Assembly: GCA_976226885.1 (NCBI GenBank)
Contig: OZ320315.1
Location: forward strand, 68,324,001-68,388,000
Reading direction: 5' to 3'
From: Iphione sp. A-MEVVRFRX5
Taxonomy: Eukaryota
DNA length: 64,000 bases
Each line of letters opens with the position of its first letter. Positions within the stretch are counted from its first letter, which is position 1. Positions 1-10,629 of this stretch are shown one piece after another. Made by a program: the position numbers and the translations under genes. The notes beneath the pieces are model-generated. The model was not told the DNA's origin and made no database searches. It saw only the letters and a program-made list of their open reading frames with translations.

Positions 1-109
1 AAAACCGGAGGAAAAAAGTGGAAAGAAAATTTAAAAGAAAAAAGATACCCCCTCCCTCCCTACCTAGGCTTTTGGGTGGTCGTTACCAGAAACAAACCTT
101 TTTTTGGCC
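1..109. mobile_element. Right end of a PIF/Harbinger-like (Tourist-like) MITE, family A; runs off the window start
   Basis: Matches the right halves of 8430-8792 and 24383-24722. Ends ...GTTACCAGAAACAAACCTTTTTTTGGCC followed by TAA (110-112), the inverted counterpart of the left TIR GGCCAAAAAAATAAGTGTGTTTCTGGTAAC at 24383. Confidence 0.8.
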
Positions 110-902
110 TAAGATGGGTTCGAAAATAGCTATATATGAGGAGTCTGTTGCGAGTTGAGCCATTTTCCTACCGATTTTTACCAAATGCACCCGCCGGTGA
201 AGATCGTGCTGCCATCTGGTCTTGTGTCTCTCTGTATAGGTCATGCTTGACACAGCTATGTTTAGAAATCAGGGCTAAACCTCTTCATGTACCTGTATAG
301 CGGGAACAGCCTACGCCGTATGGTTACGCGTAAATCCCCTATTTACTACCCTTCATAGCTGAATTCTACTGGTGATTAAGTTTGCGATTCCCTTAAATCT
401 TTAAATCCTATATGTGTGACTGAGACTTTCCGAGAAGTATAGTCGGGTACTGAGGAACTTCTAATATTTTGTTTAATCTAAGGACCATAAAGTAAAAGTA
501 TATTTACTGTATGCTATTGCTAGTCCAACACGGGAAATCAAATACAGTAAGACTTGTCTGCTGCAGTCAATCTAAGATGAAAAAGACTTCTAGACTTCTA
601 GAAAACGTAAATATGAAACAACATGAACATCACACTTTGTATTATAGAAATCCATCTAGTGATGAACGTCTGGAATGGTAGGCTCCAGATAAACAGGATT
701 AAACTTACATAAACCACACTCTCCTAAACTTTTGTGATTTCTAATTTAACACTAACCATTCCTTATCTGTTGTCCCCAACAGGTTGCTTTCGGCCAGTTA
801 TGCAGAAAATTAGACACGAAAAGAAAGTCATAAACTACACCATTATCACCAGCACAGGTGTTTATTTAAAAAAAAATACATCATAGAAATAATTGCACAT
901 GG

Positions 903-1101
903 TTATTGACCTAATTGCACATAGATGTTATTATCTGCAGGTATGCCATAAGTGACATATTTCGAATCTTCAGGTTTGAAACATTAGAAAAAGAAAGGTT
1001 AAGGTAAAAGGTATCCAGAATTTGAACTAAGAAGGATTCTTCATATATGTGACTGACATATAGATGTATTAGGTTTGGAAGAAGAACACTTATCACAGAC
1101 A
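903..1101 (-). CDS. Tentative last two coding exons of the - strand gene: 1101-1058 (VCDKCSSSKPNTSI) and 967-903 (YSKYVTYGIPADNNIYVQLGQ*)
   Basis: A 90-nt intron with donor GTCAGT and a strong pyrimidine tract before the AG at 969-968. Phases match (2 in, 1 out, 1 in). Stop TAA at 905-903. Confidence 0.45.
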
Positions 1102-4100
1102 CTAATTTGCAAGGTTAAGGACTTCTAAATATCCTTGCATCCATTCCATGTTTATGCATCGATGCTAGATCAGAACACAAGGTATACGTGAAGGTTCACA
1201 AACACGTTTGTGATTAGACAGTAATAGTTAAATTCCGTATGGCTAATTGTCTTTATTGTCGGTATCACTTAGCATAGCCGACAAATTCACCTGTTTCATT
1301 GGCTCCCGGGAAACCTAATTTCTTTGTGCCAGACATGTTTTGGCTGCCCGGCGACCAGTATTAGTTAAATTCCGTATGGCTAATTGTCTTTATTGTCGGT
1401 ATCACGTAGCATAGCTGACAAATTCACCTGTTTCATTGGCTCCCGGGAAACCTAATTTCTTTGTGCCAGACGTGTTTTGGCTGCCCGACGACCAGTACTA
1501 GTTAAATTCAGTATGGCTAATTGTCTTTATTGTCGGTATCACGTAGCATAGCCGACAAATTCACCTGTCTCATTGGCTTCCGGGAAACCTAATTTCTTTG
1601 TGCCAGACGTGTTTTGGCTGCCCAGCGACGGGTCGATTAATGTAATACTCTTGTAAATAATAGCCAAAATTTTTTTACCATTCTTCCAGCCATAGCATCA
1701 CATAATATTAAACGTTATTGAAAATATAACTAGATACAAGTTTTGCCATTTTATACTCGTTCCAGTGAGTAAGCAGAAGTATAAAAATGGTTTAATCAAT
1801 GGCAAGAACTAATCAGTGAGAGAGTATGCATGGAAGTTTGAACAATGAAAACGAGTGAAGCACTTGCTTCGTCCTGAATTTGTTCCTAATTAATTGGGCT
1901 CAGAAATAAACATTTGATGCAATCACATGAAAATGGACACGGTGAAAATGAAGATCGGTGTGACTAACAGATTGATTTCTCTTGAAATTTCAGCCGGATG
2001 TTGTTTTGGTTCCAAAATGGTCCTACTACCATGGATTTAAAAGATTATGGTTGACCACAGTTATATTAAAAGGTATCTCTACAACTTCATGTTTTGCAGA
2101 TAATTTATAGTTTTCATGCTATAACAGATAAACTTTGGCCTGCATATTTTACAAATGTATCCGTACCAAAATAGCATTAGAATGTCCTAAATATTGCTCT
2201 TGAACTTCCTTACTGAGTTTATCTTTAGTACCATTGTGTATTCAACGAATAGGAACGGTCAAGCTCTTCTCTGAAGTGTTCTCCTTTGAAGTGTGTAGTG
2301 ATGATGAGGGTGGGAGCCAAAGGAAAGTTGGGTCTTTCCCATCCTCTAAATACACAACAGTACACTATGCCTCCGTATTATTCCCTTGAAAACTTTGAAC
2401 TCCCGATTCATGGAAAAATCAATGATTACATCAATTTGATGTGATTGTATGTTCGTGTACACGTCTGTTTAAGACATCATGTAAGGCTACATGTTTACAT
2501 TGTTAAACCTTTCGCTGACCAATCGTTGAAAGTGAAACTGTGAGAGGAAGACTATTTCTCGTCTTCATTCCTGAAATAAAAAGACAGACGATCAAATAAA
2601 CCAATCAGAATAGCCATGTTGGAAAATTTCAACGGTTTTGTAGGACAAATACAAACTGGAGGTATCACATTATTTTTCAATCATATACTTTCCACTAAAC
2701 GTTAACTTCATGTACGATGGTGTCTAAAACGTTAACATCAATTTTCATACTTTTTCACGGGTGAACCAGGTGAACCGTAGTACTTCTTGTAGCCTTCATG
2801 TCCTTTGTAATAACGGTCTGTAGAAGCTCTGAGTGACAAAGCAGAATAAAAGACATCAATACGAAGAAAAGGAGAACAATCTTTGGGGCTGTCTGCTAAT
2901 CATCTTACCAATAGTGAAGTCTCTAAGAGAGGTACGAGGATCTACATCATACCCTTATGAGCCAGGTATCCTGAAATGGTCCCTATCCATTATTAGGATG
3001 ATGCTGATAATCTCAGTCCTTGAAATCTTAGTCAGGGATGACTAACTTTCTTAGGTAAACTTAATGGTGCCAAAATGACCTAAGGCAAGTTAGTCACCTT
3101 AGTCTTGTATGACTATGAACATTAGTCACCTAATTTCCAGGAATATACATGTATACCTAGTGTTAGTTAAAATGACTAAGCTTATGTGTCAAAATGACTA
3201 ATCTCATATGTTTAAAGTTACTTATATGTTAGTCATCACAACTACAAGAATTTATATTTCTAGGAAATCTTTGACCTATGTATTAGTCTATTTTATTAAG
3301 TGAACATAGTCTCAAAAGACTAATGCCTTAAATTTAGATTCATGTTACAAGAAAATACAGTTAATATTATTTCAGCCGATCAGATCTAATCTTTCATATA
3401 AGTAATTGTCTGATTTGGATGTAACAAATGGCTTGAGAAAGCTCACAGCCCATGTGATAGGAATGTCCCATTTACTTGAGACAGCATTAACCTTTTCCTC
3501 AGAAAACTAACATTTATTCCATACCTATGCACAGATAGTCGCAAAATACCTCAAACTCACAGGGGTGCAGTAATGAAACTATAACGCATACTATGGAGCT
3601 TCGTATCCCAAACAAAATGCAACATGGTGCATCGATTCGAAACTTCGAAGGAAGGCTTCACATAAATCAAAATATCTCTATGTATAGAATTATGTCTGTA
3701 AAATAATTACAGTTATAGAAACTAACCTAACTAGTTCATTTAATAGCCATGTAACAACCTTCACATGCGTGGTTTGCTTCTTATATTAGATAGGTGCTGA
3801 TTATTTTTATATGTAGATGAATTGCGGTCCCCTTCCAAGATCTACTATTTACTATTTGATAAATATAACGATGGGGCATTCAGTGATAAAACCGGATTTA
3901 CACTTAAATTCTAGGGACAGTTCATCATGCAGGTATATGTTCCCAGAGGCAACCAAAGAAGGTTTCCCCATGAGGTGATGAAGGAGACATGTTGACTTAC
4001 CTTTCACTAATATTTCACTTATATGTAAACTATGCATGCAAGAACAAGAAACAGGCAGAGTATGCTGGGATTGAAGCATATACTTGGTCAGGTCTCAGTT

Positions 4101-7100
4101 TCATCCCAAACTCGGCCTTGCAGCCTCGGTCAGGATTCCTGAGATCTGACCTCGTATTTGCATTATTCCCAGAACACTTTACCCGTTTTGTCTTGAAAAG
4201 CAACAATAAAAGAATAAAAAGTTACAAACGGCCACAATGTAGGGTCAGTTGGATCACAGGAAACAAAGATTTTTTGACTAGGCCTAAACATACGGACACA
4301 GCTCCTACACTATAGGCTACATCAATAATGTCACCTCCGTTAAATAACTCCGCACCAGTGCATAGTTGACCAAAGATTAAAGAACAGCAGTAAAAGGCGA
4401 AACAAAGAATTATACGGTGACATGATGTTCAAAAAACTTAGTGTACATTTTTGTATAGAGAAAATAATATATTAGTCATTAGGAGGGTAGTACATCCACA
4501 GTAAAACTGCTAACGATGGGGTCATGTGGTGCTATGACTCCTCACAAAAGTGTGGACCTGTGAGGTCTAATGTCCCCCGCCATCAACTGTTCAGGTGGGT
4601 GGGAGATAAAGATAGAGAGAGTGTATGTGTGGTGTCTCTCTTTCTTTACAACCATCTTGATTGGCATCTCATTTTGGGGTAAGTGGTTGGGTTTGTTTAA
4701 GTCCTTCAGGTTTGCAACCCTCAGTTCTGCCTGACTGAGCACACTACCCTCAGTTCTGCCTGACTGAGCACACGACCTTCAGTTCTGTCTGACTGAGCAC
4801 CAGACTGCTACAAGCTGATACTGGCAGATGGGAGGTACTGGTGAGCGTCTGTGTGTGTATGTGTGTGCATTGTCAGACCTAGGTATTCCTAAAGCAGGTA
4901 TATATGTTTGAAGGTGTGTTAGCAAAAGAGTAAAATTGGGATAACTTCACCTTCAAAATACTTGAATTACTACCAAAATTGCCCAGTGCCATGGGCCCAT
5001 GTATGCAAGTATCATATATTAAAATCAGTGGTTTTGAGTGAAGAGTTTAAGAGTTATAAAACCCACAGGAATGTGATAGAAGGTCAGGACACCAGCCAGC
5101 AGCATTCCTAAGGTCCTCCCCCAACCTGTCTATGAGGTGGAGGACAATAATACATGATTAGCCTCTAGACTATTGACTAAATTGTTAATGCGACCCCCAC
5201 TGGCAGATTCCTGTACACGTTTGCGTCGATACATTTTCACTCACATTATTTTCTACCTTGAAACTGCAGACCACCGGACACGAAACGATATCATTCCAGA
5301 ATAAACATGATTTTAAAAATACAATGTCTAAATAATGGACCAACTCCCACACATTTTCTAAACGTTCATTCACCATTTGTCTAATTTTAGTTTAAGGTTG
5401 TTTAAAGAATCATTTAAATGATTCGAACGAATCTCTCTATTATTTGATAGAGAACATGAGAGAGAAAGTGAACAGCAGACCAAGACGTCGTTGTTGAGAC
5501 AAATGAAAACAGATATTGCCTCAGCAACCAAGAAAAGAGTTCTTCAGGTGGTCAGTGTTATCCAACAGGACACCTTGATGATCCCAGAACAGATCTCTTC
5601 ACGAGATGTATCTTAAACATAGGATCATATAAACTCTTCAGGAAGTCGGGTTTTCACATGCACAATCAACTTTTGTTGATTGAATGTTTGCGATCAGAAT
5701 TAAGGAGAATTGATTTAAGAAAATACTAGAATGATTAACATAAAGAAAACATTGCAGGTGGCTAAGTTCCATAATAGAAGTAACACCGCACGAAAATATG
5801 TATTGTAATAATTGAGCTGAATGGTCGGAGACGATGGGAGCGTGGTGTGGCTCTTGTCCGGAGACTCCGGAGCTATGCAGTACAAACTGATGGGTATCAT
5901 ATTATTGCGAATATCTGTAAAATTATATTTGGAATTTGGCTACCAAAAAACGATATAGTGATAAAGCATACTGTCAACTGCATTGAGGAAACAAGGGGGG
6001 CTTTGGCGACATGATGCCTCGAAATTTGTAACCTAAGGTCTTCATTTAAATAACGTCACTTGTCTATTTTTCATGATTTGCGACCATGACACCTTGCTAC
6101 ATATCTGAACAGGGCCCCGATGACATCCTTGGAGGTGGATCCAACCTATTCTCTGTCTCAGTTTTGTTGATCATATGCATATGATAATCATATGCCCCCA
6201 GTCCCATACCCAATATAACTAACAATTATATTGAAAGAGACGAATAGTTTGTCACCGACTAAAAAACGTGTGTAATTTTCCAGCGGAAAAAAGACTATGA
6301 AAACAAAATTGCTGAATAACGGTTGAATTAGTCATAAAGTGGAACTGAAATTTCCCTTGACACCTCTGTCGGATTACTGGTGCTCTTGTGGAACGTTTAT
6401 GTCATGTTTCAGACGTGTAATTCGTCATGACATAAATATTTGTGTATTTTCGCATTGTCACCATCCTCTGTGCCTTTAACATGTCAAGTCTTTTGCCAAT
6501 GATATACATGTAATTGTACCTGTAACACCACATTTCTTCGCTCCTATCTAGATAGAATGAGACTTACAGTTTGTTTTCGTCCTTCTCGTCGGCGGAATCT
6601 CGCGGTTCTTTATTGTGTTTGACGGAGCCGTCTCCATACCAGCGTTTGTAGCCCTCATGCCCCTTGAGGTAGCGCTCTCCTTCGCTCAGTGGTTTGGTTG
6701 GTTTACTTGACCCACTGGCAACGGTGTAGGAAAAAAGACCAAGTGAACACTTAAGAGAAGTCTAGGTATCTCTAATGCACCTACACGCTCATATTATGTG
6801 GTTACCATGTATAATTATGTGCAGTCGCCTATGCATGTATATTATCAAAGCAAGCGAAGAAAAATAACAAAATCGTTTTGATGAAAAATCTGTAATATAA
6901 AGGACAGCGACCGAAGCTATAGACGTAGTTCCTGTTTATCAACATATTCTGCACACCCACAGCGAGACACTTAATTGTGACTCAATCAATGTTGATGCAA
7001 ACGATCGTCCATCATTACGAGTACATACCCCACATCATCACATCATGATCTATCCACGCACTGTTTACCACGGATACGGTTCCACTGGTTCCGAGGGAGA

Positions 7101-7140
7101 ATATATCCAGTATGCCTTACCTTCCATCTGTGTTATCCAT
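903..7140 (-). CDS. Small spliced gene of unknown function with a repeated RY[LY]KGHEGYK motif (gene span; about 200-240 aa depending on exons included)
   Basis: ATG at 7140 has an in-frame upstream TAA and is followed by the donor GTAAGG. A chain of phase-compatible GT-AG exons runs 7140-7121, 6714-6568, 2828-2751, then tentatively 2345-2232, 2022-1969, 1101-1058 and 967-903 (TAA). Two exons encode the same peptide motif. Confidence 0.6.
1220..1630. repeat. Tandem repeat, 3 x 137 bp (intronic minisatellite)
   Basis: Units AGTA(A/T/C)TAGTTAAATTC... start at 1220, 1357 and 1494 and differ by only a few substitutions. Confidence 0.95.
1969..2345 (-). CDS. Tentative internal exons 2345-2232 (GWERPNFPLAPTLIITTHFKGEHFREELDRSYSLNTQ) and 2022-1969 (TILEPKQHPAEISREIN)
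   Basis: Both have AG acceptors and GT donors (GTACTA, which is weak, and GTTAGT). Lengths are 114 and 54 nt, both open in phase 2-2 as the flanking exons require. Confidence 0.35.
2751..2828 (-). CDS. Internal exon ASTDRYYKGHEGYKKYYGSPGSPVK
   Basis: Acceptor ...TTGTCACTCAG, donor GTATGA, 78 nt, phase 2-2. The peptide motif is shared with exon 6714-6568. Confidence 0.7.
4718..4800. repeat. Tandem repeat, about 3 x 29 bp
   Basis: CCCTCAGTTCTGCCTGACTGAGCACAC(T/G)A units at 4718, 4747 and 4776. Confidence 0.9.
6568..6714 (-). CDS. Exon 2: GSSKPTKPLSEGERYLKGHEGYKRWYGDGSVKHNKEPRDSADEKDENK
   Basis: Acceptor TTTTTTCCTACACCGTTGCCAG, consensus donor GTAAGT, 147 nt open, phase 2-2, GC-richer than its flanks. 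Confidence 0.8.
7121..7140 (-). CDS. First coding exon MDNTDG(S)
   Basis: ATGGATAACACAGATGGAAG|GTAAGG. In-frame TAA upstream of the ATG; the phase 2 end joins exon 6714 in frame. Confidence 0.65.
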
Positions 7141-8429
7141 TCTGTATCTGATGTGAGCTTAAACCGCACTGTCGGGCACACTTTCCTCTTCGTTCTTGCT
7201 TTGGTTGACCTGTGTAGGCGTGTGGCGATGACTGAAGTTCTGTTGTCGTCTGTGCTTCTTTTACTCGTGATTATGAGTGTGTGTCTCTTATTATTATATA
7301 GGACACCACTCCCCTAGTGTACGGGCTCTGACCTAGGAAACCTACTGCCTGTGCCAACCGAATGGAAGGATAGCGGTGACATGAATACACGCGGAGCTTT
7401 CCTTTACAAAAACAGCGACAATGACGCATCGCCAGCTAAGTATTTGAAAGGCCTCGTTAGATATCCCTGTATTCAACGCCATTCTAGAATGTACAAATAT
7501 AGTTAATACGAAGCCACCCAAACGCTCCGATATACCTGTGCATGACGATATCCATTTGAGCTGGCATGCACCAGCGGTATGCGCGACAGGCAACAATTTG
7601 GGGTTTGCTTGCCCTCCCTGAATATAAAAACTTAATGATCGTTCATACACCGTGAAAATATAGTTATGTCCAAGAAGTGCTTTGATAGCTAAAATATGTT
7701 CGGGAGACACATGGAGACGGCAACGCTGGCCTTAGTAGGAAGCTCTGAGTGGACCGGTAACCAGATCGCAAACTGCTCAGAGTCCCGGGTATCCAGGCCC
7801 GCAGTCCGCGAAAAACACGAGGAATAACCGATGATGAAGCGTGAAAAATTATATTCGTGCATTGCGGAACGAAAAGAAACTCCTTCTCAAACAAACCTCA
7901 GCTTTTGGAAGGGTTTCTTTATGACCGCCGACGCCGCCGACCCACTACCAAACGCAAATCAGCGCAACTAATTCCTTTCTCTAGAACAACCTGGCAGAGC
8001 AATGGATGACAGAACAGCCTCCTACAGGAATTGATACACTGTATTGTAGTGCGTTCTTGTTCAAGTATGGAAAATGCTCATGAAGATAATAAAGAGGCCA
8101 CACAACAGATCTAGTTCACTCAAAACATACAAAGCAACAAGTGTCTGTTTATTAGTTCAACTTCTTATATACAAATCACTTCCTAGTGACTTTCCCAACG
8201 AGTTTATATTTCGCGAGTACAGCTACAATGTAACATCTAGTGAAACCAAGATAAATATTAAACAGGTTGATTACAATAAAGCACTTTTGGAATATCACAA
8301 ATTGTTAGCACATTATTCATTAAGTTTTGTTTGAAATAACACAAAAAATACGGTGGCAGTGAATAGTTGCTAAGTATAAAATTTAAAATAAAGCATGCTA
8401 TAGGGCCAGTAAGCCTCATGACCTAGTTA

Positions 8430-8792
8430 GGCAAAAACAAATAGGTGTGTTTCTGGAAACCCACCCCTACCTAGTAAAACCTCACCCTACCTAAAAAAGT
8501 TTTGGCCCCAAAGAGTTTCCAAGGCTTAATTTCATTAGATACATGTATTCATGGCACATGTTTTCAGTAATGTTAATAGAAAAACAACAAAATCCATGGA
8601 AATTCTCCAAAAAACTGTAAAACTCATACAAATTGATCAAAATGTTTCTTATTGTCTTTATCATTACTGAAATCCAGAGGAAGAAAGTGGAAAAAAATTT
8701 AAAAAAAAAAGGTTACCCCCCTCCCTACCTAGGTTTTTGGCTGGCCGTGACCAGAAACACACTTATTTCTTTTTTTTTGGGGGGGGGGGGCC
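8430..8792. mobile_element. PIF/Harbinger-like MITE, family A (full copy)
   Basis: TIRs GGCAAAAACAAATAGGTGTGTTTCTGG and CCAGAAACACACTTATTTC...GGCC (a G-run expansion in the right TIR). Perfect 3-bp TSD TTA at 8427-8429 and 8793-8795. Homologous to 24383-24722. Confidence 0.85.
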
Positions 8793-8984
8793 TTAGAGGC
8801 TTGGGACACCCAATTATCACTCACCCTTAAGACAAGGAAGAGTAGTAGTATGCACAACATGCACTATATCATTTTCCTCTATCATTTACAGATTTTGAGC
8901 ATCAAATCAGTCATGATGTAGTGGACACAGAATCCTCTCTCTTAGTCACCATGTCCAGTACGTATTTCCTCACATTTCCTCACT

Positions 8985-9545
8985 TTGCCTTCCCTCCCTC
9001 CTTCCCTCTTTCCCTCCCTCCCTCTCTCCCTCCATCCCTCCCCCCCACCTACCTCACTCTCTCCTCCCTCTCTCCCTGTGTCTCTCCCTTCCTCTCTTCC
9101 AATCTGTACCTCCCTCTTTCTTCTTGACTATCCCTCTCCCATCCTCTCTCCTTCACTCTTTTCCTTCCTCTCTCCCTTTCTTTTCCTGTCCCTCTCCCTC
9201 TCCTCCACTCTCCCTCTCTCTGTCCCTTTTCATTCCCTCTCCCTCACACTGTCCTCTCTCCATATCTCCCTTTCTTTCCCTCTCTCTCCCTCCCTCTCTC
9301 TATCTCCGCCTATGTATCTATATATCTATCTCTTGGATGGGGAACTCCCTATGAAGATTTCATCCTGAGATAGTTTGGTTACAGAGAGAAAGAGATGGAG
9401 TGAGAGATACAGAGAGGGGAGGGAGCAGGAGGGGAGAAAAAGAGGGAGGGAGAAAGAGAGAATGTAGAAGGGAGAGAGGGAAATTCAGAGAGAGGTAGGG
9501 AGAGAAAAGGGGGAGGGGAAGAGAGAGAGGGAGAGAAAGAGTGAG
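8985..9545. repeat. Polypyrimidine (CT-rich, about 8985-9310) and polypurine (GA-rich, about 9380-9545) low-complexity tracts
   Basis: Base composition seen directly; the overlapping S/P/L-rich ORFs are artefacts of it. Confidence 0.9.
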
Positions 9546-9624
9546 ACTTTTACTTTTCCTTCCATTAGCAGTCCCTGTATGTTATTTCTCTAACCATCTA
9601 TAACCGATCTATTTTTTTAAAGTA

Positions 9625-9705
9625 GGCAGTATCAAGGGTTTATCTTGCTTGATCCTGCTTAAGACCTCTTCATTCTTGACTTTCTGTGTCCAAGATATTT
9701 TCAAG
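9625..9705 (-). mobile_element. Short RTE-clade-like LINE ORF2 C-terminal remnant
   Basis: The - strand reads LKISWTQKVKNEEVLSRIKQDKPLIL, resembling the ILxISWxxxVxNEEVL motif of RTE-type LINEs. Confidence 0.5.
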
Positions 9706-9759
9706 ATTTTTTTATGTTACAACAGTGTTGCATGGCTGTTGAATAATAAACTTGAGATA

Positions 9760-10240
9760 TGACAAATGCTTTATACAATCAAATTAGGGCTTGCCTAGGA
9801 AAATATGATCTGATTTTGTACATTATGTTAAATTTACTGGACATTGACCGTAAAACCCTTAGAGCTTCACGATTGAACTTCATATTCTTTTCAAAGATTA
9901 TACCTAAGTATGTATAACTAGTGACACACTCTATGCATTCATTCTTGATATACACTGAAGCTACTGCAGGCTCATCTGAGGGGAACATAGGTAGAATCTT
10001 AGTTCTGCTAGTGTTCGTAGTTAACCTATTATTTTCATCATCACACTACCACCCTGTCAACAGCCTTTTGAGTCTTTTTAACAAGTTCATTCAAGTCCTT
10101 GCTCATAGTGATAACTAGAGTGTCATCTGCAAACAAAGCGGTGTCAGATTTGACTGCAACAGGTAGGTCATTAATGTACATTGAGAAGGACAAAGGCCCA
10201 AGGGTTGAGCCCAGGGCACTCCGATGTCAATATTGCTAAG
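9760..10240 (-). mobile_element. Decayed CR1/L2-type LINE reverse transcriptase fragment
   Basis: IDIGVP-(frameshift)-GSTLGPLSFSMYINDLPVAVKSDTALFADDTL, then CIECVTSYTYLGIIFEKN...KIRSYFPRQAL. Confidence 0.8.
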
Positions 10241-10629
10241 CAATAATATTACAACATTTGCACCACAAAATTATGTCAATATTTTTGGTGGACATTCGTA
10301 ACTAGTTCAACTAGTATTCATTATCAGCAGGGATAGACCTGACTGAAGTGTGAATATTCCAACCAAAATTAGCAATAGATTACCCTAGGTTATGGGAAGT
10401 ACCATTTTCTGTTGACTAATCGTAAAGCTACCCAAATCTAATAGTTGAGATTAACTTTATAACCAGTATGGATGGCCATCTGATATAATGATTTCATTTC
10501 AATCTGTATTGCCTGGGGCCGCCTCATGGTGATATTCGGCCAAATCCAATTGTATATCTACTTGTACAACAAATCTATACAACTAGGTTAGAAGGAACTA
10601 TCAATATCTTAGAACAATTCTTAAAACAA

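Noticed and set aside
5451-5617. + strand open stretch EHERESEQQTKTSLLRQMKTDIASATKKRVLQ.. after an AG
   Set aside because: No partner exons or recognisable domain; lies antisense within an intron of the - strand gene.
8921-9368. Three overlapping S/P/L-rich ORFs
   Set aside because: Translation of a CT-rich low-complexity tract.
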